A stretch of 64,000 nucleotides of DNA from NCBI RefSeq assembly GCF_006345805.1, contig NC_043010.1, positions 23,250,001 to 23,314,000 on the forward strand, in the 5' to 3' direction. A program made the position numbers and the translations under genes. A model generated the notes under the pieces. That model saw nothing but the letters and a program-made list of their open reading frames with translations, was not told the origin of the DNA and made no database searches. The DNA is from Octopus sinensis. Taxonomy: Eukaryota. Shown in pieces: positions 1 to 12,981 of this stretch (the stretch's first letter is position 1; each line of letters opens with the position of its first letter).

Positions 1-240
1 TATATACGTGAGTACAGGACACCACAACTAGACGTAGAACTCAACGAGAAACGAAAACGGAAAAGCCATATATATATAGCTGGAATTTACAAAAAGCAAA
101 AGACGAAGACAGGTGTATAAACACCGAACTGGTGTATTAGTTTAACGCTCGGGATGGTGAGAATGTCTTTTACGTTTCAAGCCTACGCTCTTCAACAGAT
201 AAGAATACGAGAAAATAAACAGAGATTAAAATAAGATTTA
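1..240 (-). mobile_element. Dispersed non-coding repeat with minimal hammerhead-like motif (same family as 58085-58468)
   Basis: The reverse complement aligns by eye with 58120-58290 (CTGTTGAAGAGCGTAG..GAAACGTAAAAG...CCCGAGCGTYAAACTAATACACC). HHR-like core at 167-203. Confidence 0.7.
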
Positions 241-242
241 GG

Positions 243-442
243 GACAGGGGACAAACGAGGACAGACAAAGGGATTAAGTCGATTAGATCGACCTCGGTGC
301 GTAACTGGTACTTATTTAATCGACCCCGAAAGCATGAAAGGTAAAGTCGACCTCGGCAGAATTTGAACCCAGAACGTAACGGCAGACGAAATACGGTCTA
401 GCATTTCCCCGGCGTGCTAACGATTTTGCCAGCTCACCGCCC
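243..442 (-). mobile_element. tRNA-derived SINE, family A
   Basis: The reverse strand reads GGCGGTGAGCTGGCAAAATCGTTAGCACG... with a B-box-like GTTCAAAT and the core CTTTCATGCTTTCGGGGTCG. More than 15 related copies in the window. Confidence 0.85.
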
Positions 443-463
443 TTCTCTCTCTCTCGCTTTCTC

Positions 464-492
<29 letters not shown>

Positions 493-494
<2 letters not shown>

Positions 495-682
495 GGAGAG
501 TATTGTAGTTCGCTGGAAGCATTGTGTATTCTTTGTGAAATATAACGTGTCTTCATTGGCACAACAACGCAGAGTGTACTATAATAACTGTTATAATTTA
601 ATTATTCATAGTCTAATATATTTCGGAATACAAAAATTCCTTCTGAAGATATTGCTAGGATAGAGTCACTGCCACAATCGGT
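493..682. repeat. Dispersed repeat, homologous to 60845-61046
   Basis: Shared blocks GAGTATTGTAGTTCGCT.GAAGCATTGTG, ACTATAATAACTGTT.TAATTTAAT and GAGTCACTGC, in the same orientation about 60 kb apart. Confidence 0.75.
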
Positions 683-2201
683 TTTCCAACGGTTATTGAA
701 TTGTTGTGAGAGTATCTCATAGGAGATTGTTTAATAGTCTCGTAACCCAGCCAAAGCGTTCCCAACTATCTGGCAAGTACCGTCTGGACTTTTTTAACGT
801 GTAAATATGGTGGTACAAATTTGTTTCTCTTGGTTTTATTATTTTTGAGGATGTTTTCAAGCTAAAATGTTTGAGGCCTTGTTAGCTCCCCCCCCCCTTC
901 CCAACAGAATATGTAAAGTTCCGTCTTATAACCTTGGAAGGTGAAAATCTCGCCGAAATATTTTTAAAGCTATATAAAATTCTACTATTTGGCATTTGTA
1001 ATATTTATAAAATTGCCACATCAGAATTAGCAGGAAGGATTTTATCAGAAATAGCACGAAAAGAACAGAACAGGCCACAAGAATTATTTTCAATCACAAA
1101 AATACCCTTTAGAAAATAAAACGTGAAAATTAATCAATTCTTAGCGTTACATAATGTTAGAATTACACATACAAAATTAGTATTCGAAACGTTAATTCAA
1201 TAGCTAGATTTGGGTAAATAGTACAAATATCAAAGATGCCACGATCACCGGCAACCATGTAATTTGATCTTTCGCAGAAGTTATGGTTCATAAGAAGCTC
1301 CACAATGTCTCAAGTGAAAGGAGACGATATGGAAGAGGTACATAGAGAAAGGTAGCGCGCCTTTGCTCGATTAATTGATGCAAAAGAGTCTAAGAAGAAA
1401 GATAATGAAGCTCGTATTCAAACAAATGGAAAGGATTCCCTAAGTGCATGAAGAGCTGGAGGAAACGCTGGTAGATTCGTAGCAGGGAGCGTAATCCTTC
1501 GACTGAAACAGGACATATAGAAGAGTATGAAGAGTTTCATAAGGTTTACCGTTTCTCTGTATCTATCCATCTATGTTTCTGTATATATCACCCACTCACT
1601 CACTCACTCACTCATTCATTCACTCACTCACTCACTCACTCACTCACTCACTCACTCACACACTCACTCACTCACACACTCAATCGGTTACTCCGCTCTC
1701 TACGCATATGTACAAATATATACACAAACGCATGTTTACTTGGTTCCCGTACAAGTATGTACGTGCATATACATACGTGTGCACGTACGTGTGAACATGC
1801 ATATATGAGCGTGCACACAAATGTATAGCGATACAAGAACACACACACACACACATACACAAACAGACACACACACATACAAAGCTATATATATACTTAT
1901 ATACAAGCATGTGTGTATGCGTGTGATATATTCTGGGTGTGAAACCATTAAATATGGCGCTAAATATACGATTTCTAAATGTTGCAATATTTGTCAAAAC
2001 TTGGTTTATCTCGGCAAAATTTTAACACCGTTTTGGCAGACACAAATAGCTTTAAGATTGTGTACTTTCCAACAGAGGAAACGTGCTTCCACCATTGACA
2101 AATGTTATGAAGCAAAAAATTAACTGCACACAGAAATAAATTGGAAATAGTTTGCTGGTGAACAAGTTTCTTTTACTGGTGGCGGAGAGCGAAATGTGTG
2201 T

Positions 2202-2236
<35 letters not shown>

Positions 2237-2326
2237 GATGCAAAATCATTATATAAAATTTTGTGAATGAAATGATAGATAAGCTGTGGTATATACGTAT
2301 ATCGATATAATGCTATATATATAACA

Positions 2327-2407
<81 letters not shown>

Positions 2408-2766
2408 ACAAGAGATGCAGCACGGAATTTTGTCAGTGAACAGGTCGCAGTCTCAAAGCGACGAAGCTATTTTGGCAAATTAAATTTAAATGTTGAAGTG
2501 AATCTAACGGACATTGTGGTTTTTTTAAATAGCTTATAAACACCTTCCACGCTGGTATTGTTTTCGTTCCAGCACACGATCTCAGATGAGGCCACTTGCT
2601 ATGAAAGTACATCCTCGTAACTATATATATAATATATATTTTAATATATGTTATATTACACATATAAAATATATACATATATATATAATATAATATATAA
2701 TATATATAATATATAATAAATATATACACATGATATATAGTATATTTATATATACATATATATATG

Positions 2767-2839
<73 letters not shown>

Positions 2840-2849
2840 ATATATAGTC

Positions 2850-3504
2850 AATAATAATAAAGGGCATAATTAATTAATTAATTAATAATTAATAATTTTA
2901 CCAAAGCAGTGTTCAGTATGTAAAATGACCATTTACGGTAAATTTAAACATTACTTTATACAATTAGGGTTCAGCAAAAAAATTTGCTTTACCACATACC
3001 GAATTTTAGAAATAGCACCCAAAAAATTTAGCCATTTCTTCTACTGTAGGAAGAGTCTCCCAAACAATGTATACTCAAAAACAATTCACGTAGGCATAGA
3101 GGGAAACATAACGAAAGTTCACTCGAAATTAGATTACTTGTGAACGCGTTTCTGGGTTAATCAGATATAGAGATGCTAGAAATACATCCCTATGCTAACA
3201 TTCCCGTCATCAGCACAGAGATTTCATTAAATTTAAATTTGAGAGCACTAAAAATCGAACATACCCATCTGATTTGAGTAACCTCAGAAAACCATCTTCG
3301 ACATCCAGTACTGACGAATTCAAAACATAAGAATGAGGCTCTGCATCTTCCCTTGTCCACCTACGTGAGTTATAGAGCAACAAATTCTTACAGAAGAATC
3401 TGTAGTTTATTACCAGGAGAGAATTATATGTCCATTGCTATTTCTAAAAGTTCGGTATGTGGTAAAGTAAATTTTTTTGCTGAATCCTAATTATATAAAG
3501 TAAT
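2850..3504 (-). mobile_element. Non-coding HHR-containing element (PLE pseudo-LTR/retrozyme-like) with terminal inverted duplication, in (TA)n
   Basis: Homologous to the 27772-29583 unit (GTGTTCAGTATG.AAA..GACCATT; TTAGAAATAGCA). 3436-3504 is the reverse complement of 2950-3017. Flanked by (TA)n. Confidence 0.75.
3139..3217 (-). ncRNA. Type I hammerhead ribozyme motif (minimal stem III)
   Basis: Minus strand: UGUG-CUGAUGA-c-GGG...(inner hairpin AUAGGGAUG/CAUCUCUAU)...CCC-a-GAAAC-GC-GUU-CACA. Stem I UGUG/CACA, palindromic AACGCGUU. Confidence 0.8.
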
Positions 3505-3530
3505 ACATACATACATAATATATATATAAT

Positions 3531-3585
<55 letters not shown>

Positions 3586-3586
3586 G

Positions 3587-3777
3587 TTAAGGACTGCACA
3601 CGAAAAGTGGACAGTCACAACATGCTAGATATAGACGTCAAATCGCCATTCTCCACAAAAAGTTTATGTTCTCAGATCAAACTGTTTGATCTGAGAACAT
3701 AAACTTTTTGTGGAGAATGGCGATTTGACGTCTATATCTAGCATGTTGACTGTCCACTTTTCGTGTGCAGTCCTTAA
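3587..3777. repeat. Near-perfect inverted repeat (~95-bp arms, 1-nt centre at 3683) followed by a ~100-bp unique tail
   Basis: TTAAGGACTGCACACGAAAAG...GATCAAAC-T-GTTTGATC...CTTTTCGTGTGCAGTCCTTAA, with one 2-nt indel. Flanked by (TA)n. Confidence 0.95.
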
Positions 3778-3896
3778 TTGGTATATATAAATATTTTAAT
3801 CTTCGGATTCTTTCTTTAATATGCTAGACCACTGGTTCTAATTGATAAATATCAATTTTTACCCTAAATTTAATTTTATATATATATATATATATT

Positions 3897-4392
3897 TCTT
3901 TTATTTTATTTGTGTCAGTAATTTGATGGCAGCCATGCTGGAGCACCGCCTTTAGACCCCAGGACTTATTCTTTATAAGATTATAACTTAATTTTATATA
4001 TATATATATATATTCTTTTATTTTATTTGTGTCAGTAATTTGATGGCAGCCATGCTGGAGCACCGCCTTTAGACCCCAGGACTTATTCTTTATAAGATTA
4101 GAACTTACTCTATCGGTCTCTTTTGTCGAATCACTAATTTACGGGGACGTAAACACACGAATATCAGTTGCCAAGCAATTGTGGTGGGGGGGGGGGGACA
4201 AACACATATACATATATATATATATATATACGACAGGCTCCTTTCAGTTTCCGTCTACCAAATCCACTCACAAGGCTTTGGTCGCCCCGAGGCCATAGCA
4301 GAAGACACTTGCCCAAAGTGTCATGCAGTGGGACTGAACCCGGAACCATGTGGTTCGCAAGCAAGCTAATTACCACACAGCCACTCCTGCCC
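3897..4392 (-). mobile_element. Bipartite SINE family B (tRNA head + internal microsatellite + tail), with duplicated tail end
   Basis: Head GGAGTGGCTGTGTGGTAA...GGTTCAGTCCC...TTGGGCAAGTG; tail AAAGGCGGTGCTCCAGCATGG. 3897-3985 is repeated at ~4016-4100. Confidence 0.85.
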
Positions 4393-4643
4393 CTATATAA
4401 AATATATTATATATAGTATATAATATAATATATATACATATACATACATATAAAAATATATAAAACATATATAAATATATATACATATAGGAGCATATAA
4501 AAAATATAAAATATATATATATCGTGTAAATAAAGTAAAATAATGTTCATCGTTTAGAAATCTTAATCAGGTAAAATAAGCCTTATATATGCTACATATA
4601 CATACATATACACACGCACGCACACACGCACACAAACACACAC

Positions 4644-4674
<31 letters not shown>

Positions 4675-4684
4675 TTTGTTTTTT

Positions 4685-5065
4685 TTACTTGTTTCAGTCA
4701 TTCGACTGTGGCCATGCTGGAGCACCGCCTTTAGTCAAGCAAATCGACCCCGGGACTTATTCTTTGTAAGCCCAGTACTTATTCTATCGGTCTATTTTGC
4801 CGAACCGCTAAGTGACGGAGAAGTAAACACACCAGCATTGGTTGTCAAGCAATGCTAGGGGACAAAACACAGACACAACACCACACACATCATATATATA
4901 CATATATACGACAGGCTTCTTTCAGTTCAGTCCGTCTACAAATCACTCACAAGCATTGGTCGGTCGGGGCTATAGCAGAAGACACTTGCCAAGATGCCAC
5001 GCAGTGGACTGAACCCGGAACCATGTGGTTTGTTAGCAAGCTACTTACCACACAGCCACTCCTGC

Positions 5066-5068
<3 letters not shown>
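4685..5068 (-). mobile_element. Bipartite SINE family B, near full length
   Basis: Same head and tail motifs as 17551-18008 and 62641-63072. Confidence 0.85.
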
Positions 5069-5113
<45 letters not shown>

Positions 5114-5313
5114 ATCTCACAAAGTTATTGATGTATACTCATATTCATACACAACCTCTACAAGAAATTATGCAGTGGGACTGAACCCGGACCATGTGCT
5201 TGGTAAGCAAGCTAATTACCACGCAGCCACTCCTGCATCCATATATAATATATTATATATAGTATATAATATATGTGCATATGCATGCATACACACACAC
5301 ACACATGCACACA

Positions 5314-5368
<55 letters not shown>

Positions 5369-5701
5369 GCACACACACACATACACACAGACATATACAT
5401 ATATACATATATTTCTTCTCTATATTTATATATATACAGTCTCACAAAGTTATTGATGTATACTCATATTCATACACAACCTCTACACAGAAATTACAGA
5501 TACACACAGGCACACACGCGCAAACACGCAAACACACAAACATAGGCACCCACAAACGAACCCATATATATATAGGAATAAATGTATGCACGTATATAAG
5601 CCTATTATAATATATATATATATATATATTATATATATACATACATACATACATACATACATACATACATACATACATACATACATGCATACATACATAC
5701 A

Positions 5702-5732
<31 letters not shown>

Positions 5733-6387
5733 GCCTTAATACATATACGCAGACACGTTCACAAGATCGAAAATATTCCGTGCATGCGACATTGCACAAC
5801 AAAACATATTCCTGTTAGATGCGACCATCTGCAGATGGATTCTATTACTCTCGGCCCGAGACATTCGCTTTATTTCACATTGCCACCAAGCAACATTCTT
5901 AAAATATACGCTGTTCAAGCGATGTTCATTGCGAAATTTCTGGCGATGATGGTGGACGGAAGCGTGGAACTGAGAGCAAAAACGCCTCAAAATTCGTGCC
6001 ATTTACGGTTCGTTAAATGCACGTTTGGTGCTCAAAGTTGGAACATTTTTCTACGGTAAATACATGTACACTCGCACACACACACACACACAGACATATA
6101 TATATATATATTTAAACATACACACACATATAAAGATATAAATATATTTATAAATGCATGTGTGTGTATGTATAGATATATACATATATATACGCATACA
6201 CACACATATATTTATATATGCACAAGCAGATGCACACACAGATATATACACGCACACAAATATATATATATAGATATACACACATATACGCACAAAGATA
6301 TATATATATATATATATGTGTGCGTGTTTGTATGTATGTATATATACACTTACGCATATTTACATAGTTATATGCATTGACAGATGT

Positions 6388-6419
<32 letters not shown>

Positions 6420-6691
6420 TTGTTTGTGTGTGTGTGTGTGTGTTTGTGTATTTGTGCGTGTGCCTGCATGTGTGTTGCGTGTATCCTTTTTCTAAAGATG
6501 ATGTTAAATGATACGAACGGTTCAGAAAAGGAAATGACACGCCAAGAGAAAATGAAATATTAAAAACAAAATAAACAAGCAGAAAATGATCATGATGGCG
6601 ATCACCACCACTACCACCAACAGTAGTAATAACAATAATAATAATAATAATCCTTTATACAATAAACACAAGGCTTGGCATTTATGAGGTG

Positions 6692-7083
6692 ACGGGTGGG
6701 GGGAGTAGTCGATTATATCGAGTCCTTTATTTGATTGGTACATATTTTATCGTCCCCCGAAAAGAGTAGACTTTAGTGGTATTTCAACTCAGAACGTAAA
6801 AACTGACTTAGTGCGGCTACCCATTTCGTCCAGTGTGCCAAAGGTTCTGCCAGATTGATGTCTTAACAACAACAACAACAGCATTCCTTTCTATTATAGG
6901 CACAAGACCTGAAATTTTGAGTGGAAGACACCAACGACTGTGTTCTACTAGAACTCTTTTTATCGACTCACGAAAGGATGAAAGCCAAAGTTAACCTCTG
7001 CGGAATAAACTCAGAACGTAAAGGCAGACGAAATGCCATTAGTCATTTCGTGGAATGCTACGGGTCTGCCAACTCGTCGCCTC
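6692..7083 (-). mobile_element. Two degenerate SINE family A copies in tandem
   Basis: AACTCAGAACGTAAA and TCTGCCA motifs occur twice, separated by (AAC)n. Confidence 0.7.
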
Positions 7084-7084
7084 A

Positions 7085-7096
7085 GTAATAATAATA

Positions 7097-7184
<88 letters not shown>

Positions 7185-7781
7185 TGCCCTGATGCAGTAC
7201 CAGGCAGAAGCTCTCATGGCTTCTGATCTTAACTGATTGGAAGTGTTATCATGTACATTGTTTTGTCTTGGTATAAAATATGGTCTACAACAAATATTCT
7301 GCTCAATACCACAGATTTGCTTGTCAGTTGTTTGACCTTAACCACTTGAGCATGTCCCTTAATGACTGACGATATGTGCATCTCTGATCACAAGCAGAAG
7401 TAGTGGGGGAGCATCATAGCCATGTGTTGAGAGGGATTCTTTGAATAAATCATCTCTAGAAACATGGTTGTTTCGTTCAACATCATTAAACAATCCTTAT
7501 TCAGGGACCTTTTTAGCAGGATGGGTTACTCGACCAGAAGAAAACTGGGCCCCAGCTGTAAGGTCATGCGCTGTCTATCTTGACATGAGATCACCATGTC
7601 GCGCACATATGGTTGTGATGCATGTGCCTAGTGTACCCTTATCAGACAGGTAGTTATGATGGTTATACTGGGCTTCGTATATTTTACCCCAGTGTCACTT
7701 TGATGGCATGCACTGCTCTCATTCAATAATAATAATAACAAAAATAATAATAATAACACTAATGATAATAATAATAATAAT

Positions 7782-7842
<61 letters not shown>

Positions 7843-7863
7843 TCAATAATAATAATAATAATA
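7085..7863. repeat. (AAT)n/(GAT)n microsatellite blocks flanking a ~540-bp unique-looking insert (7183-7724)
   Basis: The AAT runs are read directly. The insert has no recognisable ORF. Confidence 0.8.
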
Positions 7864-8934
7864 ATCTCTTCAGAAGAAGGAAAACTGATCCAGATAGCGG
7901 CAAAACACGAGCAAAACAAAAAACTGTTCTCAGTATTTAAGGAAGCTGACAAATACAAACAAGAAATCATACCACCTAATAAACATGAAGAAGATGAAGA
8001 AACAACAAAAGCTATAAAACAAATGAAATCCAAACTAAACATAGAACAGCAACGAACCATGATAAAACGATGGCAAGAAAAGCCCCTTCATGGTAAATAC
8101 TGGACTAAACTAAACGCAAAAGAAATAGACAAAGAAAAATCCCAGCAATGGTTGAGAATCTCAGGACTCAAAGCAGAAACAGAGGGATTTTTAATTGCAG
8201 CACAAGACCAAAGCCTCCCCACCAGAAATTACCAAAAACATGTAATGAAAAGAAATATTACAAGTAACTGCAGTATATGTGGAGATGGACAAGAAACAAT
8301 AAATCATATTATCTCTAGCTGCCCAGTCTTGGCTAAGAAGGAATATATTCACAGACATGACAGAGTTGGAACCTACATACATTGGAAGCTATGCCAACAT
8401 TATGGAATAACAACAGAAAAAAGATGGTATAGGCACACACCAGAAAAGGTCACAGAAAACGAGAAAGCAACCATACTCTGGGATATGCCGATACACACAG
8501 ATAGAGAAATTAAGGCCAACAGACCAGATATAGTTGTCAGAGATCATGAAGAAAAAAATGCTTTCTAATTGATGTATCAATACCGGCTGATGACAACGTG
8601 TCTCTAAAAGAAATGGAGAAACTCTCAAAATACAAAGACCTGGAAATAGAGGTAACTAGAATGTGGAATCTGAAAACAGAAACAATTCCTATCATAGTAG
8701 GTGCATTAGGCATGATAAAAATATATTCAGACAAATACATAACAAAAACACCAGGACTGACAAACACATATAACATACAGAAAATTGCACTACTAGGCAC
8801 TGCACACATCCTACGCAGAACACTTTCCATACAATAACCATCAGAGCATCACAACAAACCACAGCACATACCCAAGGCACACAGAGCTGTGCTCGGTAGT
8901 GAAGTGAAAGCACGCTATGAAAATAAAACTACTG
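7864..8934 (+). mobile_element. 5'-truncated R4/Dong-type (restriction-like endonuclease) non-LTR retrotransposon
   Basis: Peptide motifs W..KPLHG, AAQDQSLPTRNY, CCHC finger CSICGDGQETINHIISSC, RHDRV, RPDIV..D and K..KY. Frameshift in the A-run near 8555, stop at 8837, short 3'UTR. Inserted in (AAT)n, as known for Dong. Confidence 0.9.
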
Positions 8935-8987
8935 AATAATAATAATAATAAAAACAATAATAATAATAATGATAATGATATATATAG

Positions 8988-9342
8988 ATTATAGATATAA
9001 CATGCCAAGCAGACAACAAGCTATGCGATAAGGAAGAAAGTAAAGTCGATAGATACGACAGGTTAGCTTGGGAGGTTAAGCAGTTGTGGTCGATGAAAAT
9101 GGTGGTAGAAATACCAATAATTGTCGGATCCCTGGGAACAGTGAGTAAAAATCTTGAGAAGTACATGGAACAGATAGGGGATGCAATAAAGGTGGAGCAC
9201 TTGCAAAAAACAACACTACTTGTAACCACTCGAATACTCCGGAAGGTGCTCGAAAAATAAGAGGTGTTACCTTAGTTCGCTGGTAGTGAACAGCTGACAC
9301 TGTAGTACATCTCCAGCGTTAGTAGCTGTACCAAGGCAATCT
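8988..9342 (+). mobile_element. Second, divergent R4/Dong-type 3' fragment
   Basis: Frame 8988-9260 translates IIDITCQADNKLCDKEESKVDRYDRLAWEVKQLW...IPIIVGSLGTV...LQKTTLLVTTRILRKVLEK*. The 3'UTR ends in (AAT)n. Confidence 0.85.
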
Positions 9343-9699
9343 AATAATAATAATAATGTTTTCTTTAATTCTCACCATGCATTTTCATGCATATAATGAA
9401 CACGCTATGCATAGGTGTTACAAAAAGTGTGGATGGAGATGAATATACTTTGTTATATATTAGCACGTGTGGAGGAATAAAAGTCACCACACAACACATA
9501 ATACAAAGACGGTTGAAAAATTTCTATAAGTTTTTAAATTTTTGAATATTGCACAATAATTACAATATATAATTTTAAACATGATATGTAACCGATTCAG
9601 AGTAATCAATCATCTTACAGGTGAGAAACCACCTTACTTGGTTATGTTAGGTCACTTTACGGCTCCAACCATTCTTTGGTCAAGTTGTCCCATCCAGAA

Positions 9700-10070
9700 T
9701 GAGCCGTGGAGAGTACCGCGAGCGTGACCAGCTTCTCGCTTTTCCCCCTTTCTCGAGTATTAGGGTGATATGTCCATATAATTTGCCTCGGCTTATGAAC
9801 AGCATATTGAAATACATTTAGAAACGAGCTTCCTTCAGTTGTTCTCTTTAGATGCTCGCTGAAAACTTCCACCGAATTATGTAATCTTGGGGTGTGCCAC
9901 CTTTATCCTTGCCCTGCTTAGACAACTTCCTCAGGCAAGGAGGCATACACTTTTGTAATAGTGCTGCCACATGTTTACCCAACTGCATCATATTTATGTT
10001 CATGAAATTTTTTCAGCCAAGCAATGTTTCCAACACTGCTTTCAAAGCAACTAAGATTTACGCTCGGCAA
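9700..10070 (-). pseudogene. Possible decayed Tigger/pogo-type transposase fragment
   Basis: The minus-strand frame with stops, FESSVGNIAWLKKFHE...YASLPEEV, loosely resembles the F.AS.GW..F motif. Confidence 0.3.
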
Positions 10071-10404
10071 ACTCTGTGTTTGTGTGTATGTTTGCGCATG
10101 TTAGTTTTGCTCCTATTTGCATTTTCGCTGCAAATGTTTCAATCGATATTGTCATTGTTTTCTGTCATAAATACATTTTTTTTCTTTGGTTTTCTTTTGT
10201 TATCTCTCTTATTTTTTTCTTCTGTTTTTACTTTTTTTACTTCTGTGCCAATGTTTGTGTTTTTCCAAAATTTGTTTTGTTTCAGGATGTCTTTGTTTAT
10301 ACTAGTGTTATGTCCATCTTAGCAAGCATCTCTTCTCACTTCTCCAATACAAAATGTAATTTACAACACAAAATGTAATTTACAAGTAAAATATTATAAA
10401 ATAT

Positions 10405-12046
10405 TGGTTTCAAATTTTGGCACAATGCCAGCAAGTTCAGGGAAGGCTTTAAGTCGATTACACCGACCCCAGTATTCAACTGGTACTTATTTTGTCAACC
10501 CACGAAACAATGAATGTCGACCTCGGCGAAATTTGAAACCAGAAGGTAAAGAGGACAAAAAGCTGCCAAGCATTCTACCCGGTTTGCTAACGATTCTATT
10601 ACTCGCCGCTCTAAAATATTACAAAAATATTTTTTAAAACATACACGTTGAAGAACAGCAACCCTTATTATTCCAACCTAGGATATAACGGTGTGGATAC
10701 AGATTCTGCGCCAAAGTTTTCTGTTAGAAAAAATTCAAGGACACTTTTTTTCTGTTAAATATAATTATAACTAACCCAAGTTCTAGAACCACTGGTTTAA
10801 CCCAAAAGACAAACATATATTCTTATATACAGGAAGGCGTGAAATATCAGGATAGGAGTTAACCGGTAAATGGAATCCAATATTTGTCAAATGTGACAGC
10901 GGGATGATTTGAACTGTGCACATGATTATGGTAGCTAAATCCCGAATGGCACCTTCTTTGCCGATGCAACCCATCACAATGAGAACGACATCAGCTTCCT
11001 TCCGTCGCCAACAAAAATACCACTAACCATAAAAATTCTTGCAAAGTTTGTCAAAAGTCCACTAACTTTTTAAGGAAAGGGATAAGTCGATTACATCGAA
11101 ACCAGTATCGGCCCCGAAGGTATGAAATGTAAAGTCGACCGCGTGAGGATCTGAACGTAGAACGTAAAGATCCAGAGGAAATGTTTTTAAGTATCTTGTC
11201 CGATGCGTTAATGACTCTGCTAGTTCGCAGCCTTAGTAATAATTATTTCTACTCTCGGCACTAGACCTTGAAATTTTCTAGGGAAGGGGTTAGTCAATTA
11301 TATCAACCCCAGTGCGTAACTGGTACGTATTTCATCGACCCCGAAAGGATGAAAGGCAAAGTCGACCTCAGCGGAATTTGAGCTCAGTATGTAGCGACAG
11401 ACGAAATATCGCTAAGCATTTCGCCCGGCGTGCTAACGATTCTGCCAGCTCGCCGCCTTCGCCACCTTAGTAATAATAATAACAACAGCAATAAAAATAA
11501 TCCCTTCTACTGTTATCACAAGGCCTGGAATTTTGTAGGTGTCAGGCTAGTCGATCACCTCGACGCCACTTTTCGACTGACATTCATTTTATCGGCCCCG
11601 AAAGAGTGAAAGGCGAAATAGACCTCGGCGTAATTTGAACCCAGAAGGTGAAGACGGAAGATTCTACCAGTTCACTAACTTAATACTAATCCTTTCTACT
11701 CAAGGCACAAGGCCTGAAAGTTTTGATTGAGGGTCTAATCGATTATATCGACCCATTGTTTCACTGGTGCTCAATTTAACGACCCCCGAAACGATGAAAG
11801 ACAATCGCCACCTTAATAATAATAACATCAATAATCATGCTTTCTAATTTTGGCACATGGCATGTTAGTTCGGAGGATGGGTTATGTCGATTACATCGAC
11901 CCCAGCAATCGAAAAGTACTTAATTTTATGGAACCCCAAAGGATAAAAGGCAAAACCGACCTCTGTGGAATTTGAACTCAAAACGTAAAAGCGGACGAAA
12001 TACCGCTAAACATTTTGCCCAGCGTGCTAACGATTCTGCCGGCCTT
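10405..12046 (-). mobile_element. Cluster of ~6 SINE family A copies, all in the same orientation
   Basis: Copies at about 10405-10610, 11075-11233, 11245-11458, 11500-11680, 11690-11815 and 11840-12046, mostly separated by short (AAT)n. Confidence 0.8.
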
Positions 12047-12598
12047 AATAAAAATCATAACAATAACAACATCAACAATAATATCCCATACACACTATAC
12101 AAAATGTACCATATGATTAAAAACGTGATAGAATAGTAAAGGGCAGTAGGGCTACAAGTAATAAAATATAAGATAGATATTCGATAAAAAGTAAGCCACA
12201 GCAAACAGAAATAAGAGTGATTCACACACATGTGGGTGAAAATAGCCACATGTGTAGGATTTACAATACGCTTCGACTTTCTTTTCGGATTACTTTCTTT
12301 TCGGATCCCTTTCAGCACATCAGGTGCTCGAAAAACTATCGTGACCTTTTCCAGTCTCAGCTCTACCGTGAAAGTTTCCAAACGCAGCGGTTGGTCAAAA
12401 GGCCTGCTTACGTAGTTTCAATAGACTTTTTTTCTTTTGGTATTAGCACTTTATTTAAATCCTCTTCGTTTAGTCTTCCTTAAGTGAAGCAAAGCTAGGG
12501 CTCCCCACTTTGGTTCACCGTAGGAATCAGGAACGCATTGGATTCACCCCTATTGTAAGGGGCTTCCAGCTTCTTGTTTCCTTTGTGTCTTAGCTATT

Positions 12599-12639
<41 letters not shown>

Positions 12640-12655
12640 TTTATTATATAGAAGG

Positions 12656-12706
12656 AGCTTCTACAGGACTAGAACTGTTTCATTCAAAAGAAATCATCAG
12701 GAAGCT
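12656..12706 (-). ncRNA. Type I hammerhead ribozyme motif (inverted copy)
   Basis: Reverse complement of 12931-12981. Confidence 0.8.
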
Positions 12707-12930
12707 AGTTGACAAGAGTTGTTTTGGCATTTATACATTTAGGCAGGTTTAAAGGGGTGGTGGTGGGGGACTTTTTGGGGGTAGGCATGGAGCAAAACTA
12801 TCATTATTAGGGGAGTGGTCACTCCCCTAATAATGATAGTTTTGCGCCATGCCTACCCCCAAAAAGTCCCCCACCACCACCCCTTTAAACCTGCCTAAAT
12901 GTATAAATGCCAAAACAACTCTTGTCAACT

Positions 12931-12981
12931 AGCTTCCTGATGATTTCTTTTGAATGAAACAGTTCTAGTCCTGTAGAAGCT
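12931..12981 (+). ncRNA. Type I hammerhead ribozyme motif
   Basis: AGCUUC-CUGAUGA-u-UUC-uuuu-GAA-u-GAAACAG-uucuaguc-CUGUA-GAAGCU. Stem I is 6 bp, stem III is ACAG/CUGU, and the cleavage triplet is GUA (12973-12975). Confidence 0.85.

Noticed and set aside
7708-7863. Poly-Ile N-terminus of the 286-aa ORF as a signal or transmembrane segment
   Set aside because: It is the (AAT)n target tract, in frame with a truncated LINE.
11340-11458. tRNA genes at SINE heads
   Set aside because: A/B-box-like motifs are present but run into SINE bodies; no complete cloverleaf seen.
12200-12600. Non-repetitive island with an ACACATGTGG/CCACATGTGT hairpin and a 9-nt match (AGCAGGCCT, minus strand) to the Tx1 target
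   Set aside because: The match is too short, and no HHR core or recognisable ORF could be assembled.
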